DNA of 64,000 nucleotides from Perkinsus olseni (Eukaryota): NCBI GenBank assembly GCA_013115125.1, contig JABANN010000104.1, positions 1 to 64,000 of the forward strand, read 5' to 3'. Shown piece by piece: positions 51,101 to 64,000 of this stretch (position 1 is its first letter; each line of letters starts with the position of its first letter). The notes under the pieces were generated by a model. It saw only the letters and a program-made list of their open reading frames with translations, ran no database searches and was not told where the DNA came from. The position numbers and the translations under genes were made by a program.

Positions 51101-52998
51101 CACCTGATACTTCGATAAGCCCGAGTTCGGTAGAGGTAGTAGCCTCACTCGGTCTATCATATCAACGATAAATGATGCAAAGCTTCTGAGGAACTTCTCC
51201 CAAACCGCTAAGTTGATCATAGACACACCTGCGATAGTGGAATGCTTGCAAGTGATGATAGTACTAACTGATACCCCCATCCGCGGAAATAACCTCCTGT
51301 AACGCCCCACCGGGGTCATCACCCACCGTTGGCACCTTCGATCCGACATCAACATCAGTGAAGGTCCGATCCTAATGGTAGGAGATGATAAACTGCCGAG
51401 TGCAACAGGTCATTCGAAATTACCTGGAATACATTGGGGGCCTCATCGACCAACTTGTTGCGATAGTGTCGCTGTCTACCAGCTCTAAATAGAGAAGGGC
51501 GGTAGACCGCCTTATACTCGTACTACTACATGAGTTGTTTGGTGGCAGTACCTCCGGCCGTAACGCCCGATGAAGGCCCATCATTGGACACTGAGGTAAG
51601 CAGGTTCATAACATTGGTGTGCACGATGGCATTATCTTACTATTAACAGCAACTCTTTTACCAAATCTACTATGCCTGGTCATTATGGGGCGTGATGCGG
51701 CATGTGTGAGGATACTACGATTGATGAGGGCCGTGAGGTCTGGTTTAAAGCGAGCATCAATGGTTATCTGACCGTAATAAGACGACCTATAGAGGTACAC
51801 GTCAGCGGACAGCATACTACCAATTCCATCGGGCGTATCTTGGCACAAGCATGATATAGTATCTCGAAGTATAGCCACAGTAGCTGTTTATTCCTGTTGA
51901 TAGTAGGAGCAGGACCACCTACGAAAGGATATGATAATATGCGAGTAATGCTACTGCATGATACACTACTCAGGGCGTTCTCCATGACAAGTACTGCGAA
52001 GTCTAAGAAGCCGGATTCATAGAGCTCCTGCAGCATAGTCATCTGTAGATTGCGATGCGCTGGGTTGAAGCCAGGATCCCCAGGCCTAGGATCGGGTATC
52101 TCCAACAGGTTACGAACCAACGTGAAAACCTAACCGTCAACAACAACCGGCTACTACTAGTCAAGCAGTCAGCTATGGACCACGTAACTTACAAGTTCCT
52201 GTTGTTGAGCCCTCAAGCGTTTGGTTGCATCATCCGCTACTTCCTGCGTACTACCTGATGGAAGTAATGACAGTACCGAGCCCCAACCGCTTTTGATGAG
52301 TACTTGATGGTTCTTCGGTTATAATAAGACTCGTGCCAACGCACTGATCCAAGATAGTCATGAATATAGTAAGTACATCCTCATTAAGGCCGATAGCTGC
52401 CTTATAATTCTGTAAATACTGTAAATGTGTATCAAGCTCCGGGGTATCTAGAAAGTGAGCCGCCGTCAGTGAGGAACGACAGTAGGCGCTATTATTGCCT
52501 TTGTTAACAGGCATAGTGAGGATAACCATGAGCTTGAGTATTTGGAAGCACTTATCATCCAAGTCATCCCTATGACTAATTAACATTGGTACCAACTTCT
52601 GCTTAACAACATCCCATTTACCGAGTAACCGATGCACTCGTCGCGATGTACCTACACCATAACCCTTACCCAACGCTAATGGCTGTAGTACTACCAACAT
52701 CCTCTCTAAAGGCCCTCAATAGATCCCTGATGCACTCGAATGCATCACTAGGTGCTAGGTATACTTGTTCATTATCAACAGCATGCCAGCATCCAAGGCC
52801 CTGGTCGTAACAACATGATACCACTCAACAAGCTACGGCCCTTATAATATATACTACTTCAACAGAGCAATGTAGCTCTTCCTCTAAACTCTTATCCTCC
52901 TCCTCGAGATCAATTGCATACCCCTCCTCCATCTCATCGTCTTCTAGATCTACCACCTCATCCTCTTCCGAAGGCTCCGGAGCAGGACGGGACGACAT
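48107..52998 (-). CDS. Timeless/Tof1/Swi1 family replication fork protection protein
   Basis: N-terminal ELHCSVE|GLG...DAFECIRDLLRAFRED, LGKWDVVKQKLVPML, LKLMVILTMP, LVRNLLEIPD and RHSRFGG; acidic C-terminal region. Many introns. Confidence 0.8.
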
Positions 52999-53119
52999 CA
53001 ACAACGCGTGAGAACTTCCATCAGAGAAGGGTATTCACTATAACACAGCAAATGACATCACACTCAGAAAAAGCAGTAACCATAGTAATTCTACTTCGTC
53101 TTCTTATGCTGCAAAGTCT

Positions 53120-53450
53120 CAGCATTACTCAACACTGGTGGCTTGGGGGCTTTGATGAAGCTAAACAACGGCAATATACGCTACTGGACTGCAACATGCC
53201 CAAGTGTTACTACCAGTCTTTGAAGAATACCATTCCCCATATACTGAAGGCTACGATGTGTAGGAACATCAGCACTAGGATTACTGAATGTAGGAGGTAG
53301 CACTGCTACCGTAGCAGTCACTAGCAGTAGTCGTAGTAGGTTCTTTTTACTACCTGTTCGTAAGCTCTCAGGCACGCCACTCACAATCTGACCATATACT
53401 GAATCCTTGGATGAGAGGTTGGTGAGGTACTCTACGAGGCCTTCAAACAT
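53120..53450 (-). CDS. Small hypothetical single-TM protein
   Basis: MFEGLVEYLTNL..., followed by a hydrophobic exon VILVLMFLHIVAFSIWGMVFFKD. Splice model tentative. Confidence 0.3.
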
Positions 53451-53903
53451 ACTTAAACAACTGATTTCAAGTACCAACTTACAGCTGCGCAACTTTAGCA
53501 TCATCCAATCTGCACAGCGGAGCGAAATTGCTGTCACATGTTTTGCAATTTTGACTCTTACGACGATTCCCGGAATTATAACGAATGACTATGATAGCTT
53601 CTACTACTAGTTTGCTGCGATCCTAGATCGTAACGAGAACTTTTACAGCATATTAAAATACAATATTGTCCACAGTACGTGATGGTACCTGCGTGCAGTG
53701 GGGTGTTAAGCATCACCGCCCAGGCCGGTCTGGCCATAATCCGCTGCCTTTGAATGAAATACTCTTCTGAATGGATGAAATAGTGCTGGGTGAGGTTGAT
53801 AGTACTGGTGATGATAGTTGCGAAGGAGAGGTCACAACTGGCATTTGTACTGCAGGTGTTGTTGTTGTTGTTGTTGTTTTCTATTGCACCCTCTTCTGCA
53901 AGC

Positions 53904-54544
53904 ATGGAATGGTCCACCGCTGATATATGTGATTGGTGTGGTGACTCAGTGGAGTATGTAGATCCTCTATTCTACAGTTTTGGTATGAGGAAGCAGTTCT
54001 GCGGTAAGATACGTACTGTAAAGTGCCATGAGGATAACAGTCTCGTTAAGAAGCTGTTGGGCACCCCATCTAAAGGGGAGGTACTGCCACAACGTCATTA
54101 AAGGCCCTCTCTTCATTCAACCATCAGGTGTTGGTCATTGATGGTGGAGGCAGTAATCGTAGGGCTCTAGTGGGGGATCTTATAGCAGCATCTGCTGTTA
54201 AGAATGGTTGGGCAGGTAGGACACTGGATTTACACTCCGATGTATGAATCATGCCTTGTTGCAGGGGTAGTTGTCTACGGGTATATAAGGGATTCCGCTG
54301 CTATTAATAAGATGGACATAGGTGTTAAGGCACTGGGGGCTCATCCGCGAAAGACCGAGAAAAAGGATATAGGAGATGTCGATGTGAGAAGTGTCCTACT
54401 GGCTGTGTCCTACCCCAGAGTCAATCTCAGGTCGCCGTTAAATTCGGTGGTGTTGTCTTTACACCTGGCCACTGGCTCTACTCTGATGAGGATGGTATCA
54501 TTGTATCTCCTTCTGACATCAGAAGGCCTGTTGCTGCCATCTAG
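53904..54544 (+). CDS. rraA: RraA-like protein / putative HMG aldolase-oxaloacetate decarboxylase, 4 exons
   Basis: [10 protein letters not shown]...[17 protein letters not shown]...|[39 protein letters not shown]...[34 protein letters not shown]. Confidence 0.92.
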
Positions 54545-54736
54545 TAGATCATCGTCATGCTGCTAGTGATTTTTGTGAGTTTCAACACTAACAACACTTG
54601 TTGGGTTGAGTCAAGATAAGGTCATAACAATCGTTGGTGTGGGTCGTCGTTCAGCGATGGGTTGGAGGACTGAAGCAGCACAGAACGATCTCATTCCTCC
54701 GTAGGAATACTTTTTCAAGGGGCTGTCGCTTCTGAG

Positions 54737-56175
54737 ATGTCGGACAATATCATAGAAACAGCATCCAATCCTGCATCACCGGCAAAGGTTCACGATACCC
54801 CTACCAAGGAGGATACTGTACAGAAAGATGCACCAACTGAGGGTATCATAACGCGTCGTAAGGCCGCCGCTCTGGCTGCAGCAGCAGCAGCGGCAGTATC
54901 ATCGACGGGAGGTGGCTCCCCGAGGACTGCTACAGCAGAGGCTGGATCCACTGTGATAGCTGATGATAGTGATGTTACTGCTACTGATGTGGATGGGACC
55001 GTGGCGGCAGAGAATGCCATTATACCAGGAGTCAAGGAGCAGCAGCAACCCCCCACTGAAGATGGTAATGGCTTCACGACACCGAAGTTGATAGTACGAC
55101 GAGTGGTTAGGTGGAGCATCATCGTCCTCGGCAGCCGCTGTAGCCGCAGCAGCTGCCTTATTGCAACAGGGAGGAGGGGCGAAGAACGATGAGGAGGATG
55201 AAGGCGACGCTGCCAAAACCCTCGGACTGGACCCGAGCCCTCCAGGTAGTAGTAGTGACTGTAGTAGTTGGAATAGTAGTAGTGTGTGTACGCTTGCCGC
55301 CCGAATACATGGTGCTGCAGCGGAGCTTCTCAGAGGAAGTAGTTTCGAATGGGGTCTGGCAACTCATGGCCCCAACAGTGTTGACCACGGGTGATGCATG
55401 GTCCTTTTGCTCAGCAACCGTCCTACCTGCATCAGCTCAACCATTCCTCGCCGACATCCCAGTAGAGAAACCCAGTGCGTCGGAGATCAGACGTAATCTC
55501 ACCCCTCGAGAGGCCCGACAGTTGGCTGAACTCCAATATCATGAACAACTACGGGCCTATCAGAGATGGGTAGCAGCAGTTGCTGATGCTATGAGGGAGA
55601 GGGCTACAGCGGCCGCAGCAGCAGCTACAGAGCATCAACAGGAGGGGTCGAAGGAGGATGACCATGGAGAGGGTAATGACACTGATGAGCAGGATGTTGG
55701 AGCTGAGGTACTGCATTAGGGGCTGATGGGGACTAGCAGATTAAACCGTCGGCAGGCTACTGATACCAGCGGTAAAAGGCAGCATGGGGATGTTGGTAAT
55801 GATGATGATGATGTCGTTGCTGGGTCATCATCATCATCATCTCCAGCAAGGAAGGCAGCTAGGACATTGCCAGCTCAGCAGCCGGAGAGCGCTCAGGTGA
55901 GCATGAAAAGCCAATGATGAATAGGTGTTAATCACATGTTACCTTTCATGCTAGCCGTGATGCTGTGGTGCCAACACTATGTTACCGTTTACCGATTCAG
56001 GCAACGACGGATAAGGATAAAAACGACAATCCCCGAGCGGCTGCTGCTGGAGAGGGAGGACAGGGGGAATCTGCAGCAGCCTCATTACCAAGCTCACAAT
56101 CAACACGTAACGTCTCCACCGAGGTGGTGTAATGATGATGACAACAATAATTACATGATCCTCATAACCCCATAA
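54737..56175 (+). CDS. Hypothetical low-complexity protein
   Basis: Spliceable + strand ORFs, Ala- and acid-rich. End uncertain. Confidence 0.4.
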
Positions 56176-56432
56176 TGACCATACTACTATTATACAATTG
56201 AGTATTACACTCCAGTACCATGCACTCACTGCTGAGTCACTGTACTGCTAGTATCTACTACTATTGCCCTGATGATGATGATGATGATACTCATCTGGCG
56301 GCGGCACCTCTCTGTAGTAGTGAGAGATAGAATAGTTTAACATCATCACCGTATTGTGTTGCCTGTCGAGGGCTGTACCATCAACATACCGGGGCCATCC
56401 TCCAGTCGTCGTGGTAGTTGATTGATAGTACA

Positions 56433-57780
56433 ATGAGACCGACAGCCCGCGACCCTAGTGTGAGGGCGGCAGCAGCAGGGGCCGTTGAGCGAGGGTATGC
56501 GGATGATAATGATATACAGCAGCAGCAGCATTGGGAGGCCAAGATGAAAGTCCATGCCAAGTCACTGGTGGTAGGTAGCCCTGTGGTGGGCATCTCTATG
56601 ATGATGATGATGCTGTATGGCAGGCTATCCTTGTCGGTGACGGTACAGTCCCGGCATCCCAGGAGCTGACTGAAGCTGGTGTATGGTACTGCGGCTTGTG
56701 TGAGATATTCTTATCCAATTTAACATCAGTGGAGGTCCAACGGAGGAGGATACTCGACCATATCCTCCTGGACCGGCGTCACTTCTCTCTAGTGCAATAC
56801 TGCTCATCATCATTACCACCAGCATCAACTCAGCAGCCTCATCCAACCACAAACCCCTTGCAGCAGGATTATCCTCTGATGCCTTCGGGGCCTAGCACCT
56901 TTTACTTACGCTTAGACCATTATACTGGCGACATCGATATTATTGATTCAAGCTCTGCGCGGCCTCCTCGTCATCAGGAGGATGCATCATGGTGGGATGG
57001 AGTCCTCACGGCTGCGACTATCCGTCGAATTATCATAGGCAGGTACCGTACGAATACGAGAGAACAATCATCATCGCTACGACGACACATTGGGCTGACG
57101 CAGTCGTCTTCTATCGATACTGTTGATGAGAGCCCAAGGGATAGATCCAGCAACGGTGTCTTTGCAACGGCAGGGGAGCCCTCTACCCACAAGTGGGGCT
57201 CGGCAGGGGAGCCCTCTACCCACAAGTGGGTGGGAGGCAGCTCTTCAGAGAATATGTCCAGCCCTAACAATATAGCTAGCTCTACTAAGAAGGCTCATGA
57301 TTCTCATCGAGGCCTCTCCAAGGCACCTCTTGTCCTGTTGCAACAAGAGATCGATGCTATACCTCTACCGCCATCCCGCCAGCCACCCCCTCCCGTAGAC
57401 CAGACCCCAATGTCATCATCGTCCACTAGTGCTGATGGTAACGCCACAGCTGGAGGTAGTACCACTCCCGTATCTGAAGGGTCAGCACCCGAATCGGATG
57501 CCGCCCAGTACCTGGAACTGATAGACCGAGCCATAAGTATATGTGGCGTGCTCTCACCTGAGGACTACCACTCCTTCCTGGGACACTCTTAGCTTTCGAG
57601 CGAAAAATGCAGCGGCAGCGGCTTATGAGGAGCAGTGCTACTTTAAGATTGAACTTGCCAATAGCTGACGATTGTTTAGAGATGTACCACCACGTCATCG
57701 TTATCATAATGACATCATCTGTCATCTCTTCATGTATTGCGTTATACTAGGCCCGATCAACGGCGAGACTCAGTTATGAT
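56433..57780 (+). CDS. Hypothetical protein
   Basis: A 298-codon open exon flanked by short introns, Ser/Pro-rich. Ends approximate. Confidence 0.4.
57168..57230 (+). repeat. In-frame 33-bp tandem duplication (AGEPSTHKW x2)
   Basis: CGGCAGGGGAGCCCTCTACCCACAAGTGGG occurs exactly at 57168 and 57201. Confidence 0.9.
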
Positions 57781-57793
57781 AGATTAACCCAAT

Positions 57794-60700
57794 ATGCCTC
57801 CAAGGACCAACACTAGCAGGAGGAAGAGGGCCAGTCGTGGTGGTGGTGGTCAGTATGAGCTATCCAACATCAGGAGCCGTGTGTATCTATCGGTATGTAT
57901 GGAGGGTAGTCGTCTTGGGATAGCCCTTCTCGATATCCGCACGAGTGGCCAAGGTGCAGCAGTGCAGGTGTCTGAGATCAATGACGCCCTCGCCACTATG
58001 GTTCGGGGTATAGTGGATGATTCTATCGATTCTGGTGATGGTGATGATGACGATGCATTGGGGTGTCTGTTACTGTATCCAGGTAAGTCACCAGTAGCAT
58101 TACGTAATCAACTGCGGGATATCATTCAAAGCTACGAGCGTACCCGGCAACAACCCGAGACAACTGCTAGTGGTGGCACCTCACTCGTAGGGTCAGAACA
58201 TATCCAACCATCGTCTAATCCGAGACTGCTGAACGCTGTTGAAAGGCCTGCATCGCAGTATGAGTACCCATCGTGCGTTCAAAGGGTGCTAGAGCTATTG
58301 AATAAGATAAGACTCTCAGACCAAGCTAACGCCAGTACCAGTGCACTACCAATAACAGGGGGTCACTCCCAGCTCTGGAGAGCATTGTCCGGTCTTCTGT
58401 CCTTCCTCGATGAAACGGGACTGCTTACTCGGTACCGGCCTACAGGGGTGGTCATGAAATCTCTAGAAGGGTTTTTACTAGTAGACGGTGTAACCCTCCG
58501 TACACTGGGAGTTACCAGCGCTGGGCGTAGTACTACAATAGTAGCCGGCCACAATCATCGTGTAATGACCCCTAGCGTTAGTCGCCTACTCGGACGATAC
58601 ATATCATCATCCCCCGGCCGAGCCATACTCCAACGGTGGTTAGCTATGCCATGCAGTGACATCAGCGTGATAGAGTCGAGGTTGAAGGGTCAGGAGATAA
58701 TGATGGATCACGTATCCCCTGACCTAGCTACTCAAATGAGCAAGAATCTTAAGAAGCACCGCGACTTGTCGAAGATACTTGATAGAGTAACTCAAGGCTT
58801 TAACCTGGATAGCTCAGCACGGGTAGCAGCATGGTTGCAGCTGCTACGATCATGCCAGGCTGCATCGGAGACAATAAGGTGTATTGAGATGCTACCGGCT
58901 ACATCACCCTTGCGGAGTGAAGTACCCTGCATTGCTAGGCTACTGGAATGCCGTGGGCCATTATTGGAGATACAGCACATGTTGCAGGGAAGCTTCGACC
59001 TAGAGGCCTGGGCAGCTGCCGGGCCCACACACCTATCGGTTAAAGTAGGTGTCATGCCTGAGCTAGATGCACTACGAGATCAATATGACAAGCTAGAGGA
59101 TATCCTCACGAGGATGGGTGCTGCCGAGTCCAAGGCCCTCGAGGACAGGCTGGTAGGGCCCTTATCCTCGTCGTCGTCTATGCTCAATAGTTCTCTCTTG
59201 CCGGCTGACTACCATGGCAATGATCCAAGCGATCCTTGGTATGATACTTTAAGTGCTAGGGGCTGCACCTCATCGGGTCCTCATCCTACTACTACTACCA
59301 CCAGCAGCAGTAGCTGTGCCAGTGGTGCTACCTTACTCCGCAATAAGCCCATCCATATACAACTGCAGTACTTCCCTCAGATGGGCTTCGTAGCGTCAAT
59401 CCCCAGCGCAGATGTTCAACAGGTGCTTGTCCCACTACTGTCGGGGACGCTCTCGGATGATGATACTTTTGGAGTGCGCCCCAGTGGAGAGCAGGGTAAC
59501 GGTTCTGACTGGCAAAGGTGCATTGATGTTGTATGTAAAAGTCTTGATGGTTGGGAGTTCAAGTTTCGTACGGCTGACAAAGCATTCTTCAAAAGCCCTA
59601 TAACGCGGAGACTCGACAAATACTTGGGTAACATCGAGTCAAAGATGAAAGAGATAGAGTAGCACAAACCCTCATCCTCCCCCGTCCCCCATAGTGCAGT
59701 ACTGTTGTAGATACGAGTACCTCTATAGACTGGCAGATAGACTCGAGGATATCGGAAGCAAGCCCCTCGCTGTAGCAACTGCTGCCCTATCGGAGCTTGA
59801 CTGCCTGCTGGGTTTGTCTAGAGCCAGCGGAGAGCATGGTTGGTGCAGGCCAACACTGGTAGGATATAGCCCCTCCAGTAGTCCCTTTCCCGAGTCTCAG
59901 GTACCCCAAACAGTCGATGACGATGTCGTCTTGAAGCTCACTGGATCCTGGCATCCTCTTATGTCTGACTCAACAACGAATACTACTACCGGGAGCAACT
60001 CTGATAACCGTGGCCATTCAGTGGTCCCCAACGACATCCTCATCACCTCCGACTGCAGGACACATATCCTAACAGGCCCCAACTACTCTGGCAAGAGCGT
60101 GCTACTGAAGCAGATTGGCTTAACTGCAGTAAGCATAGTTGGCCACAGTTGGCCTAGGGAGTCCGGTTCAGTTCCTCTGCCACTGCGGAGTCTACGTCCC
60201 TGCGAAGTATTGCCGTATGCAACTTTTAACACAACTCTTCGCGAGGATGGCTAGCTCGGATCAGAAGATACCAAAGTTTGTTGGTGCTTCTGAGAGACGT
60301 CAGCTAGAGGACATCGTTAGGACTAGCACCTTGCTCTCAACCTTCACCCGAGATGCCCACGAGGTGAGAGCTCCACCACCCACTCAGCTTCAGTGGCGTG
60401 TTGTTGTGGGATCTGTTGTTTCCAGTCAGGTATCGGTTGCCCTTACCAACTGCACTCGAAGCTCTCTTATACTCCTTGATGAGTTCGGCAAGGGTACCTC
60501 ACCGATTGATGAGGTTAGTCTACTCTCTGGTGTGGTTAAATATGCTACCATTGACCTAAACGTCACTGCCCCTACCATCCTACTCACCACCCACTACGCT
60601 ACAGAGCTGTACTCTTGGGGCCTTGTAGAGAGCCCTCATGAGGACGCTAGCGGTGAGGATCGAGTGAAGAGACCCAGGAGGCCCGCTATTGGCAAGGCAG

Positions 60701-61293
60701 TCCCATGCCGGCTAGCTGTCTTGCCCCCCAAGGATCAGAGTGGTGCAGTTGCCTTCCTCTATAAGCTAGAACGCAACAAGGTATCTCAAGCATCATACCC
60801 TATACAATGTGCTGTGGCTAGCGGTGTGTGCCCAAGTGTCACTGATAGGGCTGCTGAGGTCCTTGAAGCACTAAGGTCAGGCAGACCCTTGACGAAGCCT
60901 CGAGACCCCGACGAGAGTAATCACCAATCAACAGCCGAGGATAGGACAGCCAGCCGGAACAATACCTCGCTGCAGCAGACACTAGTCAACTTCTCTCGGC
61001 TGGACCTATCATCTGGATTGAACCAAGCTACACGGGCGGCTCTGCATAACATTCTTCGCCAGCTTCGACCCGAAGATACGCCCCGCCCGCTTCCTCGTCC
61101 ACATGCCGTTCCGATTCAGAATGCCAGCCCAAACATCTCCCTGGGCAAGAGTAGTGGGCCTAACTTGCAGCGATCATCATCTCTATACGGACTGGGCAAG
61201 GATTTGCCCTCCTCGAGTAAGGGTTGGAGTGCCCTTATCGATGAGGATCTGCGCACGAGTAGACAACCGTTCATGGCCCATGGTGGTAGTTAA
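57794..61293 (+). CDS. MSH5: MutS homolog 5 (meiotic MutS-gamma subunit)
   Basis: No mismatch-binding domain I seen. Motifs ELDCLLGL, GSWHPL, VVPND, ILTGPNYSGKSVLLKQIGL, HCGVYVPA, LSTFTRD, SLILLDEFGKGT (MSH5-type), TTHY and FLYKL. Confidence 0.85.
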
Positions 61294-61445
61294 TGATAGT
61301 ACTGCCTTCCTCAATTGCCTGTTGTTTCGACCAGCAGAGCCTAGGCATCACGGCATGTGGTGTGTTTTCCTATCACACGAGACGTAGGCTTGTGTTGTGA
61401 GTGTGGTGGCAGTATGCCTCTCCGGAAGTCTCCCTTACTGCTAAG

Positions 61446-63421
61446 ATGATACCTACCGGTCATGTTTTTAAGGCATGCTGCAGCACTCCCACCACCCTCC
61501 GTATGGTAGCCGCAGCCTGGTCACAGCGAGGGCTCGCCGCATGCAATCCAGCCCGTCGTCGTGTTTACTCAACTACACCCGGTAGCATGAGAGAGGCTCT
61601 GCTCTTGATACATCGGACACCATGCTCAGCGTGTCACATTGATGTAGGTAGTGATGCTGCTCCCCGGATATGGAATGATAATAAGCGAGGGGGGTCCATG
61701 GACTTTAGGAGGTCTACAGCACTAGCGCCCTACCTACCGCTCAGCAGTGCTATATCGACGAAGGTGAGCAACGTTATGGTTGCTCAATGTGAGCGGCCGT
61801 ACAGTCGCCATCACTGTTTGCAGGTGAACTCCTGTAGTGGACCATTAGGTGGTCATCGGCAGCAGGTCAGGCTATACCGCTCTTCGTCACAATACAATAT
61901 ACAACATAGCGGCCAGCAACAGCCTTCTGGCAGCGGCAATTGGTGGTCTAAAGTTATTGGTGTATCAGCTGCAGGATACGCTGTTATGAAGCTCAAAGGG
62001 TTGAAGATATTGATACCCGTATTGAAGTTCTCCAAGGCAGGGCCTTTGCTCAGCATGTGTGTATCAACACTGGCATACGGAGCTGTCTTTGGATGGCAGT
62101 AAGTAGTTCTGCAGGGACCATCCTCGGACCGTCATCGTGCCGCCATCATCATAAGGTTCGGTACGGGTATGGTTGGGTTGATATTCATCCACGAACTAGG
62201 GCATGCTCTGATGATGAGGAGGCTAGGGGTACCGACCGGCCCTATGGTGTTCATACCATTCATGGGGGCATCCGTCGAGATGCGTAAACACCCTTCTAGT
62301 GGTGAGCCATTCTCCGCCATCCTCATCCGCTCTAGCCATTCTTCATCTCTCAGCCTACCAAGAAGCCCTGATAGCTCTAGCAGGCCCAGTCCTCGGCTCC
62401 CTCGGTGTCCTCCCTATCGCTGCTTATGGTGCTGCTACAGGTACCACCCCTACAACGGGAAGTTGGATCCATTCACCGTTGCTGTCATCTCACAGGTTCC
62501 CAGCTAGCCTTCGCCCTCTCCCATTTCGGTTATATGATAAACCTATTCAACCTTCTCCCAGTGGGCCAACTGGATGGTGGTCGAGTAGCTGGAAGCCTGA
62601 ACAGATGGTTCCTGCCTGCAGGTCGGTGGGTCTGCTCTGTGCCCTTCTCAGTAGCGCTGCCTGCATAGGTTTGGCAATATGTGGTAGTATGATATACTTC
62701 ACGCCCTACTGCTCTCCCATCATGTACCTGGTGTTCCTCGGCGGCGCTTATACAACGTAAACACAGTGTAGCATCAGCGGCTGCTGCCCATGGCTGGTGG
62801 GCGTGATCTCAGGTATCAACGGTTCTTCGGTACGGGTGATATGCCACCCTACTACTACAACATGACCAATGCACAAAAAGCCTGCATATCAACAGGGTAG
62901 TAGTAGTAGTAGTTAACCCATCAACACCACATTCCGTGTTAGTGATCTGGCATAGGCACTCCCTGCCTTAGGTACTTCGGCCTGATCGCTGCCCTCATGT
63001 ATGGTATGTACGAGAATGATAAGCAAAGGAAGAGCCCTAAGCAGCTTCAGAGGGAGCTAGGCATCAACCTTGGTGGTGGCTCTTGGGGGCAGTCTCTCAT
63101 CAATCATGGTGAGAGTACAGTTGGAAGGAGCGGCGGTGATGATGATGAGGTGGGGCAAGCACCACTAACACTCCTGCTGCTACGCTAATGGTGGCTGGCC
63201 CTCCTCAGTACGGCAGAGGCCTCTGGTATGACAATGATGATGATGTCTATGGTTGGAATACCACTCCTCGCCAACATCATCATGGTTGGACTAGTACTTC
63301 CTCCGCTACGGTAACTACTGAGACCTACGACCCAGTACATGGTTGGAGGAGGACCACTACAGTATACGATGGCTCTCCACACCCATTCAACTCTACTACT
63401 TCCTCCGGGCCCTTCATCTGA
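61446..63421 (+). CDS. Site-2 protease (peptidase M50) family intramembrane metalloprotease
   Basis: LIFIHELGHAL (HExxH), FIPFMGA, EALIALAGP and NLFNLLPVGQLDGGR (NxxPxxxxDG). Long N-terminal extension; start uncertain. Confidence 0.88.
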
Positions 63422-63566
63422 TTTTATATACCAACATAACCTGTCATCCTTGCTCCTCATTGCCATGTTGATGTTGTGGTAATTGCAGGAGTCGATGGTC
63501 AATTAGCCTGTTTGATGACAGTTTATAGTTTTGTCACTCCAGTTTCCCTCCGCTAAGCAAGAGGCT

Positions 63567-64000
63567 ATGAGAGGGCGTAGTGGCACTCTTAGTAACATCA
63601 TCGCCCTACTTTCATGTATTCTTTCAGTCGGCGAAGTGCTCGGCCCGCTGGACACGCGCACTGCCTCCGAGTCACAGCAGCAGTCGGAGCCGCCAACATC
63701 ACCTGCGATAGGGGCCGCAGAGGTGGGACCCCAGGCCTCATCTTCTCGCCCGGAGAGCACGTCATCGTCCTACTCACCTGATACTGCTGCTACTCATCAC
63801 CACTTCCCACAGCTGGACGTAGCCAGTATACTAGGCCAAAGTAAACCGGAACAGTGAAAAAGTGATCCACGCCGTTCCAATCCTGGGGGTAGGTGCATCT
63901 CGGCTACTGAGTGACAGGAGCTACGAGAAGAGGAGTATGGCGGCCCACGAGGTAGAGTCACGTGTTAAGCAAGCCTTGCAGCAGAGAGACTACTACGGCC
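63567..64000 (+). CDS. Partial gene with signal peptide, running off the window (possibly entering a J domain)
   Basis: MRGRSGTLSNIIALLSCILSVGEVLG; exon 2 ends ...ALQQRDYYG at the window edge. Confidence 0.4.

Overview
Gene-dense eukaryotic DNA (about 50% GC by eye) with many short introns (roughly 45-70 nt, GT-AG plus some GC-AG) and very short intergenic gaps. The CDPK, the intron style and the gene content suggest an alveolate, most likely a Perkinsus-like perkinsid (inference). About 30 spliced protein genes lie in long same-strand blocks. They include two AAAP amino-acid transporters, LENG1-like, SUA5, a HAD-IIIA phosphatase, WWE-TDP1, two mid-SUN proteins, COG3 and a divergent COG3-like copy, an ALMT/FUSC-type transporter, MON1, a RING protein, RPL31, SNU13, ALAD, CDPK, Timeless, RraA-like, MSH5 and an M50 peptidase. 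Four items stand out. (1) A + strand ncRNA cluster at about 45 kb holds two C/D snoRNAs, one predicted to guide both 18S U1269 and U6 A70, followed by an unexplained structured RNA. (2) One SUN-domain membrane protein can be spliced in frame into a divergent COG3 C-terminal body with conserved introns, a candidate SUN-TM-COG3 chimera. (3) A WWE-domain Tdp1 sits about 100 bp upstream of a HAD-IIIA phosphatase and can be spliced in frame to it, a candidate one-locus 3'-end repair module. (4) Two paralog pairs carry near-identical internal tracts, consistent with gene conversion or assembly collapse. All gene models, alignments and RNA pairings were made by eye; exon boundaries and some starts and ends are approximate.
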